From positions 1,798,001 through 1,862,000 of the forward strand of contig OX597827.1 of NCBI GenBank assembly GCA_951406725.2: a DNA stretch of 64,000 nucleotides, read 5' to 3'. How positions within the stretch are numbered: the stretch's first letter is position 1; the number at the start of each line of letters is the position of its first letter. Positions 41,335-55,509 of this stretch are shown in pieces. The position numbers were made by a program, and so were the translations under genes. The notes under the pieces were generated by a model. It was not told the DNA's origin. It saw nothing but the letters and a program-made list of their open reading frames with translations, and made no database searches. The stretch is from Octopus vulgaris. Lineage: Eukaryota.

Positions 41335-42634
41335 ACGGGCGTTTTTGAAAAATTCACAAAATCTTTAATTTTAGCTGCAAATTTTCTTGACATCAGTGTG
41401 TTCATATTGAATTAGCATTTGTGAAAATCAAGTGTGGAAAACAAAATCCATCGTGTGGTATCCGTTTTCATTGATGCATTTCTGAAGGCGTTCTTGTAAG
41501 ATGGCCTCCACTCTCTCCAGTACTGCTCTGTCGATTTGGGCGACTTCCTCGCGAATAGCTTCCTTCAAATCGCCCAATGTATGGGGGTTATGCGTATACA
41601 CACGTGCCTTGAGGTTTCCCCACAAGAAATAATCACACACGGAAAAATCAGGGAACCGTGGGGGGGGGGGAGGAATGTCAGCAAACCTGGAAATGAGGCG
41701 GTCACTGAAAAGAGGGCGAAGAACGTTCATTGATGCTGTGGCTGTGTGGGCGGTTAACCCATCCTACTGAAACCACACACGTCGAATAGACACACGTCTC
41801 CTTCGTAATTCGGGCACAAAGAAATTGTTTATCATCTCTATGTAGAGCTCAGAGTTCACAGTAGCAGCATTTCCATTAATGTCTTCAAAGAGTAAGGACC
41901 AATGATGGCAGCTTTTCCAACAGCACACCAGACCGTCACTTTTGAGCTGTACAGTGGGCTTTCGTGCACTTCTCTCGGATTTTCAAGAGCCCACTAAAGA
42001 CAGTTCTGTTGATTCACCATACCATTGAGATGAAAATGAGCTTCATCACTCATTAACAAAATGAGGTTGTCGTGTGCCTCAAAAATTGCCTCCATCTGAC
42101 GTGCGAAGTTGTGCCGCTGTGCATAGGGCCATGGTTTCAACTGTTGCCCAATAATCCAGTTGTACGAGTGAAAATGCAGGTCCCCGTGCAAAATACGCCT
42201 TACCAATCGATTACCGATGCCGAGTTCAGTGGAAGGCCTCCCAGCAGAGCGATTCTGACCCCTTATAAAAGCTTGTCTGACGCATTACACATTTTCCGGG
42301 GTCCGTACCGCTCGTGGCGCCCCGCCAGCCTCCTATTTATTAGTGAACCTCATGTACGAAGTGCATTGTTTTTACGGGTGGAAACAGATTGATTTCGGTG
42401 AATGTTGAAGTGGGGCCGAAACCCACGCTGAACTGCTGTGGCACAATCGTTATTCTTCACGTAACAGTCGTGACACGCGACGCTCTGTCGTTCACATCAC
42501 CGTGGCTTCACCTGAAAAGAAAGCAAGATGCTAAGACACCACAAACCGAATGGTACCTGTCGGACATATGTCCCTCTCCCTGGGGATGAATAATAGCCAT
42601 TTCAAAAGCATTTGTCCTCTCTGCTCCGCCCTGT
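41335..42634 (-). mobile_element. Degenerate Tc1/mariner element of the rosa/DD41D-like group
   Basis: VRRILHGDLHFHSY, MSDEAHFHLNGMVNQQN, WFQ*DG.TAHTA, RLISRF, PDFSVCDYFLWGNLKARVY. Confidence 0.85.
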
Positions 42635-42666
42635 ATACATGTATATGCGTGTCTGCATGTGTGTGC

Positions 42667-42729
<63 letters not shown>

Positions 42730-43339
42730 CGCGCGTGTGTGTGTGTATGTATTGCATAATGTAGACTCTGAGAAGCAGCATTTATGTTCGGAAAGAATTA
42801 TGAGAGGATGGCCACGGTCAGAACCAAATTTTGATCACAGGGGTTTTCTTGCTTTATGCAGAGCTTATTTAGGGACTTTGTAATAACACCAACAGGAGCC
42901 ACTACCACTAACCCAAACCACTACCAAATCCATCACCACCACAACAACCACCACCGCCGCCGCCGCCGCCTTCAAACGCAATAATAACCACTTCCACCTC
43001 GGCGGCAACTATTACACTCGTCAAGAAACATCATTGCTACTCTCTTCAAATCCTCGATGGAATCAGAAACAAGAAAAAACATCAAGCACCATCTCGACGA
43101 CGACGACGACCACCATCACCACCACCATGGCCACCACCACCACCATGGCCACCACCACCACCACCATCCATCCATCTATATGCATCACCGTTACTGCTAT
43201 AACCATCATCATCATCACTATCACTATGTGTATCATTAGCATCAGCACAATCCGCATCACCATCACAACCACTACCACCACTGCAACCGCCACCACCACC
43301 ATTACCATTTCCACCACTGCCGACACCACCACCACCATC

Positions 43340-43371
<32 letters not shown>

Positions 43372-44139
43372 AAACAACCCCACCATCCACACTACCACCA
43401 CTCACCATCTACCACCACCACTACTGCAACCATCTCCACCACCTGCAAACTCACCATTGCCACCATAACCACCACCACCACCACCATCATCATACAATAA
43501 AAGCAGCAGCAGCATTGATAACAACAACAGCAACAACCAGAGTAAGAGCAATAACAACAATATAAACAACATCAACAACATTAAATACAGTGCTACGCCA
43601 TTCTACTCCACGCTTCAGTGACTTTTGATATCAAAGTGGATATTAAAAACCTGATTAGTTCTACGTTGGTCACACAGAGTCTGTTCGTCGCATCTTCTCA
43701 CTCCTGTCTTTCCCGGCTCCATCACTTTTACATAGTATCTAAGAAGACTATACATTTGCTGTACTCTGGTTATACTGCGTGGTTAAGAAGCTTGCTTTTC
43801 AACTAGGTGGTTCCGAGTTCAGTCCCATTGCACGGTCTTTTGTCTTCTACTGTAGCCCCAGGTCGGCCGATGTCTTCTTAGTGAATTTCGTAGACGTTAA
43901 CTGTGTGAAATCCGTGGCTGTGTGGTAAGAAGTTTGGTTCCTAACCACGGGGTTGTAGGTTCAGTTCTATTGCACCTTAGGCAACTGTCTTCTACTATAG
44001 CCCCTGGCCGACCAAATTCTTGCGAGTAGAATTGGTAGAGGGATACTGAAAGAAGTCAGTTGTATGTATATATAACCATTGGGTCACAATCACTCCAAGT
44101 TGAAAATGTCGATGCGCGGCGGCAAGGGAAAATATACAA

Positions 44140-44810
44140 TTTCGCATTTCATGCAATAAAATTCTTAAATAATAGAGTTCCCCTGCCTTTGGTGGGACAA
44201 CATAAATACGACCAAGTATTTCTTTGAAAATGTTCAAATGACCTTCAACTTTTTTCCCTTCCTTTTTTCTTTGCCATTCTTTGTTACTACTGTTCCAAAT
44301 AAAATACATGGGTACTTCAGCATAAAGTAATGTTTTTGCAAAGTCGTCATTGATATAAAATGAAACGAATTCTGTCCAATGTTGTTCTCATATGTCGTTC
44401 ATTGACAGCCATGTATATCCTCATTATTTCTGAGCAATATTCTTTGTTCATTTGGTAGAGGAACTTGCTGTTTCACTGTTGCAGGTGCTCTTTCATGAAT
44501 TGAAATTCCTCAAATGGATGCAACTGATTTGGGTGATCCAGTATACCTACCTATTAGATTTTGACTAATTTCGTTATCATTGTATATTTGAACAGCAACT
44601 TGGTCATTTTCTTTCAGCGTGTACTTGATGACGTACTTAATTTACCTCAATGAGGCAATGATTTCAACGTTGCAGTGGCATTTGAATGCTCTTAAAAGTA
44701 TTTTATTGAAAGGTACAATCCATTTGTTGTTGTTTGATTTTCCATTCTTATGAGATTCAAATCCTTCCATTGCAACTGATCTTCGTCTATAAAGAGACAG
44801 TCTCTCTGTT
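44140..44810 (-). mobile_element. Helitron Rep-domain fragment (pseudogenised)
   Basis: PFNKILLRAFKCHCNVE, KYVIKYTLK, IHERAPATV, YFIWN..W, ILGRIYVVPPKAGELYYLRILLH. Confidence 0.8.
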
Positions 44811-45399
44811 CTTCTGCCTTTTGAATTAAGCTGATAAAGATTAATATTTTATTTTAAATAAGAAAGTAATTTTCCCTCTTAAAAAAGAAAAAAAAGAAAA
44901 AATCTATGATTCAAAAAATATCTCATAAAAATATAGGGAGAATTTCTCTTTCAGTCCATGTTATTCCGAAAGTTGTATGATTAAAAGAAGTTGTATAAAT
45001 AATTAAAAGAAGAGAAAAGAAAGTAAGAAAAAAGGATGGACGACTCTTTGAAGTCGCCGCCGCTGCAATTCAATTTCAACTTGATTTTTTAAACTTAAAG
45101 GGTGGAATAACTATTTAATTTGTAATCTCTATTATCTTAATCAAGCGACAGGAAACAAACTTTGAGTATGATATATATATATATGTGTGTGTTTGTGTAT
45201 GTGTGTGTGTGTGTGTATGCATGTGTGTGTATATGTGAGTGTATGTGCGTGCATCTGCGTGTGTTTTCGTATGCGCCCTTGTGTCTGCTTTTGTCCCCTT
45301 CCACCGCCTGACAACGGTGTTACTGTGTTTACTTGAAGGGTTGTAAGATATTTTTGTAATAATATGAATAATAAACAGAGACCAAAATAGACGGGAAAT

Positions 45400-45990
45400 T
45401 ATTTGGTCCGCACCTCTTTCGTTCTAAGTGTTAAAACCAACGTAGGTAAGAGATTTCTATCTCTGTTAGATTAGCATTTCCCGGAAAATCACAAATATTG
45501 AAAGATCGGTAACAGGTGCTCAATCAAATTATGATATAGCTGCTGCTCCCACTATGAACACCATCACCTGTTAACACTACCAACTGTCGATACCCTGGAG
45601 CTTGTCCACTTGATCAGCAGGTATGATAAACTGCGTCATACATGAAGCAGAAGCAACCGCAACGCTATACGATAACCTAATGAAAAGAAGAATAACACCG
45701 GGTTATAGCACAGCGACTTCAATAGACGCTGTGATTACCATTTATTCCATCACATGGACAAAAGTAGAGCCAATGAGCTGGCTTACCAGGTTTGAAACTC
45801 GAAGACCAACTCTACACCACATCAATCTAGTGTATAATCGTAGAAACGTCCATGCCATATGTTAATGGATCTAAAATATGGAAGTTATGCGTAACTGAAA
45901 GATCGCATATCTTATTTAGATCCAAGAATTCTACCGCACCGCAGACCAGAAATTTGCAGCAAATGCAAACACGTGGACAAGTTTCTTTAG
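45400..45990 (+). mobile_element. Penelope-like element GIY-YIG C-terminal remnant
   Basis: Across frameshifts: NCRYPGACPLD..CVIHEA..YTG..PYVNGSKIWKLCVTERSHIL..ICSKCKHVDKFL*. Confidence 0.65.
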
Positions 45991-46624
45991 GAAAATTTAA
46001 GTACACCACCCTCTCTGGATTGAGCAGCTGTACCGCCAATTTTAGACCTCTTCCGTTGATTCTTCACCAACTAGCTTTTCAGTTAAAGGGGACATAATTC
46101 TAATTCTTTTGCTTTTTTCTTTCTTTTTCCTCTTTTTTCGGCCTTCCACATTTTCCATCCACTTTCATCTTGTCTTTTTGCGGGATTTTTCTTCTTCAGT
46201 TGTCCTGATTTGTAGCCTGTATAGACCATGTGCTCCTGATGTTCAAATTCCGCATAGGGTCGACTTTGCCTTTCATCCTTTCGGGGTCGATAAATTAAGT
46301 ACCAGTTACGCACTGGGGTTGATGTAATCGACTTAATCCGTTTGTCCTTGTTTGTCCCCTCTATGTTTAGCCCCTTGTGGGTAATAAGCAAACAGATTTC
46401 TTGAAGACAGTACGCTTGTTATTAAAACTTGCCTAGATAATATCTCCAGTTATCCGTTGCTCATAACAATATACTCTCTACATTCAACAAAACATGTATG
46501 TATACACATATATATATGTGTGTGTGTGTATGTATGCATATACAGGTATACATGCATATATATATATACCCATACACGTATGTATACACACATCTACGTT
46601 TAGGAATGAATATATATATATGTA

Positions 46625-46657
<33 letters not shown>

Positions 46658-47231
46658 GACTGTCTGTCTGCACACGTATATATAGTACACGTATATATAC
46701 ATAATGGACTCATCCATCGTATTCGACCCATGAGGGCCAAAGAATTTTACTTCTTTCCTCCTCTTCCTCTCCTTTCTTGATGATCTTAATAAAAAATGGA
46801 GTAAGCAGAGCCCTCAGACAAACGACAAAGGGATTTGTTTAAAGCGGCACTTTGAGTGGGACCATTCGCACTTTGTGTGGGACCATTCGCACTGATGATA
46901 GTAACGTATGGTCGCTGTCAGGACCCCTGCTGTGTCACTTCCTCCCGTCCAAAACTTCGAACGAATCTAAATCTTATGTCTTTTATATTTTACTTCTTTG
47001 AGTCATTAGACTTGCGTCCATTCTGGGGCACTGCCTCGTAGAACTTTTAGCCGAATGAATCAACTTCAGTACTTATTGTTTTAAAAAATCTGTTACTTAT
47101 ACTATCAGTTTCTGAACTGCTAAGTTACAGGGACGTAAACACATCAGCACTGGTTGCCAAGCAATCTTTGGACACACACAATCACACACTCGCGCGCGCG
47201 TGTGTATGTGCTCGTAAATAATAAAACTAAT

Positions 47232-47404
47232 TATAAGCTTCAAGGCTTAAATGCGATAACCATATATTGACTAAAGAAACTAGTCTAACATTGGAGTATA
47301 TAAACCCTCGATGGAAAACCCACTTGTTTTCCGTTGAGGGCCTCTATGCTCCAGTATTCTTTTGTCAATACACAGTGATCACTTATAAGCCTTGAAGCTT
47401 ATAT
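47232..47404. repeat. Imperfect ~170-bp palindrome (MITE or fold-back remnant)
   Basis: TATAAGCTTCAAGGCTTA / TAAGCCTTGAAGCTTATA ends; centre GGAAAAC-CCACTT-GTTTTCC. Confidence 0.75.
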
Positions 47405-48443
47405 ATATATTTATTATTCACACATGCACACAGACACACACACGCACACTCAAACGCACACATACACACACACTCACACACACACTCACGCACACACATA
47501 CACACACACACATACACGTACACGCACACACACATATATATACCCGCGTGTGTCTCTGTCTGTGTTTATCCCCCACTACTGTTTGAAAGCCGGTGCTGAC
47601 GTGTTTACGTCCCTGTAACTTAGCAGTGCAACAAAGGACACAAAGAAAACAGACACCAGGTTTAAGAATTAATAAGTACTGTGGTTGTTTCGTTCCACTA
47701 AAATTCTTTACGGTGATGTCCTACCATGGCAGCAGTCTGATGATTGGAACATGTGCAAGAAAAATCTTGCCTCTGAACCACATGATTCTGGGTTCAGTCC
47801 CACTATGTGGCACCTTGGGCAAGTGGTTTCTACAATAGCCTCGGAGCGACAAAAGCCTTGTGGGTGGATTTGGTAGACGGAAACTGAAAGAAGCCCGTCG
47901 TACACACACACACACACACACATATATATTTATGTGTGTGTGCGTGTCTGAGTTTGTCTACCCGTCGTCGCTTGACAACCGATGTTGGTGTGTTTACGTC
48001 CCCGTAACATAGCAGTTCAGCAAAAGTGACCGATAGAATAAGTACTAGGCTTAGAAAGAATAAGTCCTGGGGTCTTCGACTAAAGACAGCGCTCCAGAAT
48101 GGCCACAGTCAAATGACTAAAACAAGTAAAAGAATAAAAAGACATATCTCAAGATAAAACGAGTGATCCGCACCTCCTACTAACTGTCATGCACGAGTTA
48201 CCTCCCTGTCTTTTAATCATTCTTTTTATGAATGTGTTTCAAGCAACTTATGGCTGGAACAACACCTAAAGTCTTTTCTTATATTAAATACCAGGCTTAT
48301 ATTTGCTATTTTCAGCGTGTAGATCGACCTATTGGAGGCAACCATGTTTTTTGTTGTGCGTTAGTGTGTCTATATATGCGATAGCAAACTTAAATGCGTA
48401 AGCAACTATATGCTTGTTGGTGGATAACCATACAGGGTATCAA

Positions 48444-48846
48444 TCCATCCATCCATCCATCCATCCGCCCATCCATCCGCCCATTCATCCATCCATCCAT
48501 CCATCCATCCATCCATCTATCTGTCTATCCATCTATCCACCCACCCATCCATCCATCCATCTATCTGTCTATCCATCCATCCATTCCATCCATCCATCCA
48601 TCCATCCATCCATCCATCCATCCATCTATCTGTCTATCCATCCATCTATCCATCCATCCATTCATCCATCCATCCATCATTCCATCCATCCATCCTTCTA
48701 TCCATCCATCCATCCATCCATCCATCCATCCATCCATCCATCCATCCATCCATACATCCATCCATCCATCCGTCCATCCATCCATCCATCCATCCATCCA
48801 TCCATCCATCCATCCATCCATCCATCCATCCATCCATCCATCCATC
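48444..48846. repeat. (ATCC)n tetranucleotide satellite
   Basis: Direct reading. Confidence 0.95.
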
Positions 48847-49126
48847 TAGATACAGCACAAACGGCATGATACTGTTGAATGGGAATGGTAGGGAAAACTC
48901 CTCTGATGCCGAAGTAGATGCCTTCTGGACACGGCTTGGTCAGAAAAACACAGGATAAAGAAAATGTCTACGGACCATTGATAAGGAATGTGTAAATCCA
49001 GAATCCTGATAATCTTTTCGTTTCATGCCTTTCATTCTTGGAGCAACAGTATACGCACAAACTCACCCGGAGCAAAGTAGGATCGAACTTGGCTTCTCAG
49101 TGAGAAAATGCAACTTCTTAATCCCG

Positions 49127-49159
<33 letters not shown>

Positions 49160-49200
49160 GTTGCACATACATACCTACATACCTACATACACACATCACA

Positions 49201-49247
<47 letters not shown>

Positions 49248-49297
49248 TATTTATGTATATATAATCAAAATAAGCAACAAGAATATCTCCGGTAGTA

Positions 49298-49387
49298 ATT
49301 TGGTACGATCGTTTCACGCTACATCATTTTATTAAATATTGTAAGTATTACAACAGTTTTAAAATGTTGAGCAGTCATCAGCCAATT
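49298..49387 (-). ncRNA. Type-I hammerhead-like motif, intact core
   Basis: AATTGG-CTGATGA-CTGCTCAACATTTTA..TAAAATGATGTAGCGT-GAAAC-GATC-GTA-CCAAAT; palindromic stem III ACGATCGT. Confidence 0.65.
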
Positions 49388-50369
49388 TATAGAGGTTTCC
49401 CATGAATACATAATTTTCATATTAATTAATAACATTATAGAGAAGGTAGATATATATACAAAGATGTTGATTTGAATTTTAAGAACATTGAGGTAGTAGA
49501 GCTTATCTTAAGACTGAAGAGTTCTTTAAGTTATTTTGAACTGCTAGAAGGTTGGGAGGCACATTCAGTTGAAGGAGACAAGAGGTTTTATATTTATAGA
49601 AATGGGGTTAAGTAAGTGTCAGAAATTATTCATTAAGAAATAAAAGTGGAGAGGGAGTTATAATGCCCTAGGAGCTGTTTACTACTATTTGGCAAACAGA
49701 TCTTGTATCAAGAAAACAAGGTCAATGTCAAATGGTTACAATGACCGCCTATATATCCTCAAAGAAGTTAAAGAGAATTACAGAGATTCTTTTACACCCA
49801 CACACATCAGCTCCACATTTATCTGTAGGTGTTGATTATTTTGATGCGTTGGAATAAAGTAGAAATAATAAATCTAATATTTATTTATTTTGGAGAAAAT
49901 CTATCATTTAAGGCATATTACTTAATAACTGAGGACAAGAGTCTTATTAATAAAGTGAATGCATTAGGGGTTAAATGTATATTAGAAGAAAAAAAAGAGA
50001 GAGAACTTAATTCTAAATATGCAATGAAGTTTTTTAGTAATCTATGCATGTTGAATTAAAAGCTAGTATGGTATATTCATTCTTAATTAGTTATAAAGAA
50101 ATAGAAATTTGAACAAATTTAGGAATGGTCACAATATCATTATTTGAAATATTTAAACGTACGGGTTGTGCGATGTATGCAAGACCCTCCCAGTTCAGAA
50201 CGGTTATTTAACAGATTTGTATTATTCCTATGTTTTAAAATTTCATATGTTTCCATAGAACAAAGTTCACAACCATCTCTACTATTTTTATAAGGCCGTG
50301 CTTTTCTTATTATATCCCATTTCCGGTCAAATTCTGTATTATTCCTATACAGTTCCCAAATTTTACTAG

Positions 50370-50520
50370 ACAGTGTTGTGCAAAATGCAATTTATAAATG
50401 TACAATAGTGACTTCAAACAACAACTATCTTTACTTCGGTTGTTCGGTGGATTTAAAAAAAAAACGTTTAAACAATCATTTTCCCTCCTTTAGGCTTAAA
50501 CATAAGGCAGTTATGAATAG
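50370..50520 (+). mobile_element. GIY-YIG endonuclease fragment of a Penelope-like element
   Basis: QNAIYKCTIVTSNNNYLYFGCSVDLKKKRLNNHFPSFR matches the IY..YxG..KxRxxNHxxSF pattern. Confidence 0.65.
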
Positions 50521-51368
50521 AAATAAAAATGGAAGTTTGAATCATCCGATGGAAAAGAAAACATTGCAAAAATAGCGATTCTCACTTTGAAACTGACAAT
50601 TTTGAAAATCTTTTTAGATTACGGAACGCCTAGCTCTCTCATGCATCCATGTTTAAGATTTCAGCGCAATCGGATGAACAAGAGTTCACAAACAGATAGA
50701 CAGAACTGGATTTATATATTAGATAACACGCCTAGTGTAACTAAGTTAGCTTGGAGCTGTAGGTACTGGGCTTGGTATTAAAACCTGCCTAGAAAATATC
50801 TCCAACGTATGAAACTATTAGTAGCTCATAGCTACATACTGTGTATATGTATACACTTTTACACTTTTACTTGTTTCAGTCATTTGACTGTGGCCATGCT
50901 GGATCACCGTCTTTCGTCAAGCAAATCGACCTCAGGACTTATTCTTTGTAAGCCTAGTACTTATTCTATCGGGCTCTTTTGCCGAACCGCTAATTTACGG
51001 GGACGTAAATACAGCAGCATCGGTTGTCAAGCGATGTTGGGGAGACAATCACAGACACACTAACATATACACACACATACATATATATATACATATATAC
51101 GATGGGCTTCTTTCAGTTTCCGTCTACCAAATCCACTCACAAGGATTTGGTTGGCCCGAGTATATAGAAGAAAACACTTGCCCAAGGTGCGACGCAGTGG
51201 AACTGAACCCAGAACCATTTGGTTCGTAAGCAAGCTACTTAACACACAGCCACTGTATGTATATATATGCATGTGTGCATGCATATATGGATACATACAC
51301 ACACACACACACTTATAGATAGATAGATTGATATGTATCCGAGCTACAAGATGTTAGTGCTGCTGCTG

Positions 51369-51440
<72 letters not shown>

Positions 51441-51836
51441 AATGTGTTTGTATTTCATTGCATTCATATATAGACACTCCACAACTGCGCAACTGACCAA
51501 TACGAGTGTATAAAATAACATGGATGCGACAACTTTTAAGGGAAATAACCCATGACGACTTAACATGCAAATTACATGAGCCGAAAATAATGCTAAATAT
51601 TTTATCATTCTACAAAACACAGACACCAAAAATCAGAAACCAATCAACAAAATTCCCAACGCAGGAAAGAAACTTCTTCCTACGCATAAAAGCTCTATAA
51701 GATGTATATGCAAGAAGTGTAAGAAATTTTAAAATTAAATAAGGTAATATAAGAAAATATTTCAAAACATTAAAGGGAGAAAACTGAGGAAAATATTAGT
51801 ATTTCAGGGGGAGCAACTTTGAGATAAAACAAAAAT

Positions 51837-52036
51837 TTTACATTATTTACTTTATTTACAATTGACGGATATTTGTCCTCATCTTGTTTGTTGTTAACAC
51901 AACGCTTCGGCTGATAAACCCTCCAGCCTTCACCAGGTGTCTTGGGGAAATTTCGAACCTGGGTTCTCATTTCTAAGGTATTTTCCCTATGTTGTTGTTG
52001 TTGTTGTTGTTGTGGTTGTTGTTGTTGTTGCTGTTG

Positions 52037-52126
<90 letters not shown>

Positions 52127-53641
52127 TATGTTTGACTTTTGCTTTACATTTGCACAAGCTGGCTCCAAGTCTCACCCAGAGACCTCAAGAGACAACAAGT
52201 TGGAAGTTCATGTTGGTGTTATGCCTAGTGTGCCATATATTTGGTTTTGTACATAGTGTTGTACTAGTGAATGCCTAAAAAAAAAAACACACGAAAATTA
52301 TGTTTGTTTTAAAACTTGAGATTATATAGAAAGTATTTTGCGTAGGATATGAGCAGTTCCCATGAGCACTATCTTTTGAATTTCTGCCGTTTTGGGGTTT
52401 CCTGTTATCTGAGTTAGGTAGCAATCAGCCCCTTTTGCTATCATTCCCAGGGCACCTATGACATCAGGTATTGTTTTAGTCTTCAGCTTCCACATTTTGC
52501 TGATTTCTATTTCAAGATCTTTATATTTGCTCAGTTTCTGGTAGGTCTTGACAGATACGTTTATATCGATTGGGACAGTCATATCAATGAGGAGGCATGT
52601 TTTTTTGTCTGAAGTCTTTTACTATGATGTCTGGCCTATTCGCGTCTATTTTTGTGTCAGTTTGAATGGTGAAGTTCCAGAGGAGTGAGATGTGGTCATT
52701 TTCAAGCACTGGGGGTGGTTTGTGTTCCCACCAGCTTTTATCATGTGGCAAGTCCAGGCTTTTGCAAATTACCCAGTGAATATATTGTGCAGCTCTATTA
52801 TGCCTGTTGAGGTACTCTGTAGGCGCAAGAAGACTGCACTTGGAGACAACATGATCAATGGTTTCATTTTGTTGTTGACATACACGATATGTTGGGTTAC
52901 TGCCTTTCTTTGATATGTTGGCCTGGTAGTTCCTTGTAGGTAGGCATTGATCTTGAGCTGCTATGATAAACCCTTCTGTTTCAGATTTTAAGCCAGAGGT
53001 CATTAGCCATTGATGGGTCAGGGCTTTGTCAACATCTGTATTATTCGCTCTCTTTGGGTATTTGCCATTGAGAGGTTTTTCTTGCCATTTATCATTCAGA
53101 ATATCTAAGGCCGCAGATTTAGCACGTGTTTTCATGCGCTTAGCTTTTTCTGTGCTTGTTTACTGTGTGTCTAATTTCAGAATTTGTTGTATTCGGAATT
53201 CACTTAGATATTCCTTTGCCTGTTTTGTTACTGAGTATGATGCTTTCTTGTTTTCATGTTTTGAAACAAGCTCTAACATCCAATGCTCAAAGTTTTTCAG
53301 GTAGGTGTCTAGGCCAATTGTAGCAACATTCATTGTTATTGCCAGTTGTAAAAGCCCACGGCCTCCCTCTTTTCTTGGTAGATAAAGTCGTTCTATATCT
53401 GCCTTAGGGTGGTGCATTCTATGCATTGTCAACAGTTTTCGTATTTTTCTGTCAAGATTACATATTTCAGTAATTGACCAGTTAATGATATTGAAACTGT
53501 AAGTCACGACTGGTATGGCTAAAGCATTGATCGCTTCGATCCTGTTTCTCGCATTCAGCTCTTACTCTGCGGTAACATTCTCTCCTGATCCTTTCCTTCA
53601 TCACTGAGTGCCTTATTCCATCCCCTTCAATTACCTTCCCC

Positions 53642-53723
<82 letters not shown>

Positions 53724-53850
53724 AGTCACAGCCTGGAATCGAATTCGGAATCTTGGGGTTAGTAGCTCGCGCTCTTAACCACTACGCCATATGCCCGTGG
53801 GCGTACAAACGAGATGAGGACAAACATCCGTCAATTGTAAATAATGTAAA
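51837..53850 (-). mobile_element. tRNA-headed, hammerhead-tailed short element with an inverted tail copy, interrupted by an R4/Dong LINE
   Basis: tRNA-like head 53796-53722, (TAA/CAA)n, hammerhead-like motif 51941-51896, tail 51891-51837 with an inverted copy at 53805-53850. Confidence 0.65.
52126..53641 (-). mobile_element. 5'-truncated R4/Dong-type (RLE) non-LTR retrotransposon inserted in (TAA)n
   Basis: RLYLPRKEGGRGL, AAQDQCLPT, CCHC-like knuckle (RVC..ETIDHVVSKC), RHN, RPDIIV, KLSKYKDL, VIGALG, MGTAHILRKILS*; (TTA)n on both flanks. Confidence 0.9.
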
Positions 53851-54084
53851 TGATGGACATAATTCCTCATCTCTTAACTATAGAACTGTATTAGCGAAAA
53901 TTTTAATTCGAATAATCCAGGAAATTTATTGCGTTCTGCAAGATCATTTTATTGATCCCGTCTTATGATAGATCATTGATGATTAAAAAAAATGGGACAC
54001 AATGTACATGTGGTCCGACATACTCGTTCTTTCCGCTCTGAAATACTTCGTCCAGTGCAGCATGTTAATACGGATTAGAATATT

Positions 54085-54478
54085 CTCTTCTATTCTAGGC
54101 ACAAGGGCTGAAATTTTGGGGGTACCAGACGACTAGATTGACCCCACTACGCAACTGGTACTTAATTTATCGACCCCGAAAAAATGAAAGGTAATGTCGA
54201 CTTCGGTGAAATTTGAACTCAGAGCGTAAAGAGAGACGAAATACCTATTTCTTTACTACCCACAAGGGGCTAAACACAGAGGAGACAAACAAGGACAGAC
54301 AGACGGATTAAATCGATTATATCGACTCCAGTGCGTAACTGGTACTTATTTAATCGACTCCGAAAAGATGAAAGGCAAAGTCGACCTCGGCGGAATTTGA
54401 ACTCAGAATGTAACGGCAGACGAAATACTTCTAAGTATCTCGCCCGGCGTGCTAACGTTTCTGCCAGCTTGCCGCCTT
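54085..54478 (-). mobile_element. SINE family A dimer
   Basis: Two bodies with the same AAAGAAATAG/GTATTTC junction as the trimer at 37845. Confidence 0.8.
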
Positions 54479-54733
54479 ATTACGGATTTTTTTTTGGGTG
54501 AATTCTTCCCCCCTATATATATATATATATAAAGTTAATCCAAACAAGAAAACAAAAAGAGAACAACGCGAGGATGTGGAACAAATAAAGTATTATTGGA
54601 CGCTCAGGAAAGAAGGGAAGAAGGAGGGTATGACGTTTCGAGCGGAGCTCTTCGTCGGAAACAAGGAGAAAGAAAGATCCCGAGGTGGGAGGACAGAGGG
54701 AAAAAATGCAAGTGGTCTTCACGAGGTCACATA

Positions 54734-54766
<33 letters not shown>

Positions 54767-54870
54767 CGACAAGGTTATTGTTTGAAGTTATTATGGATAC
54801 CACAGTAGTTGTTAATGCTAAAAACAAGTTTGTAAGATTTCACATCTGATTTCATTCTTCTTAAGAAGTA

Positions 54871-54986
<116 letters not shown>

Positions 54987-55012
54987 AAGGGTGAAAAGGA
55001 ACACACGAGTTG

Positions 55013-55509
<497 letters not shown>

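Noticed and set aside
46847-46893. Short 21-bp direct repeat GCACTTTG(A/T)GTGGGACCATTC
   Set aside because: Only two adjacent copies and no spacers; local slippage, not CRISPR-like
53722-53796. Possible tRNA gene
   Set aside because: Acceptor and anticodon stems do not pair properly and it runs into a microsatellite; treated as a SINE head, as are the heads at 22730-22800 and in families A and B
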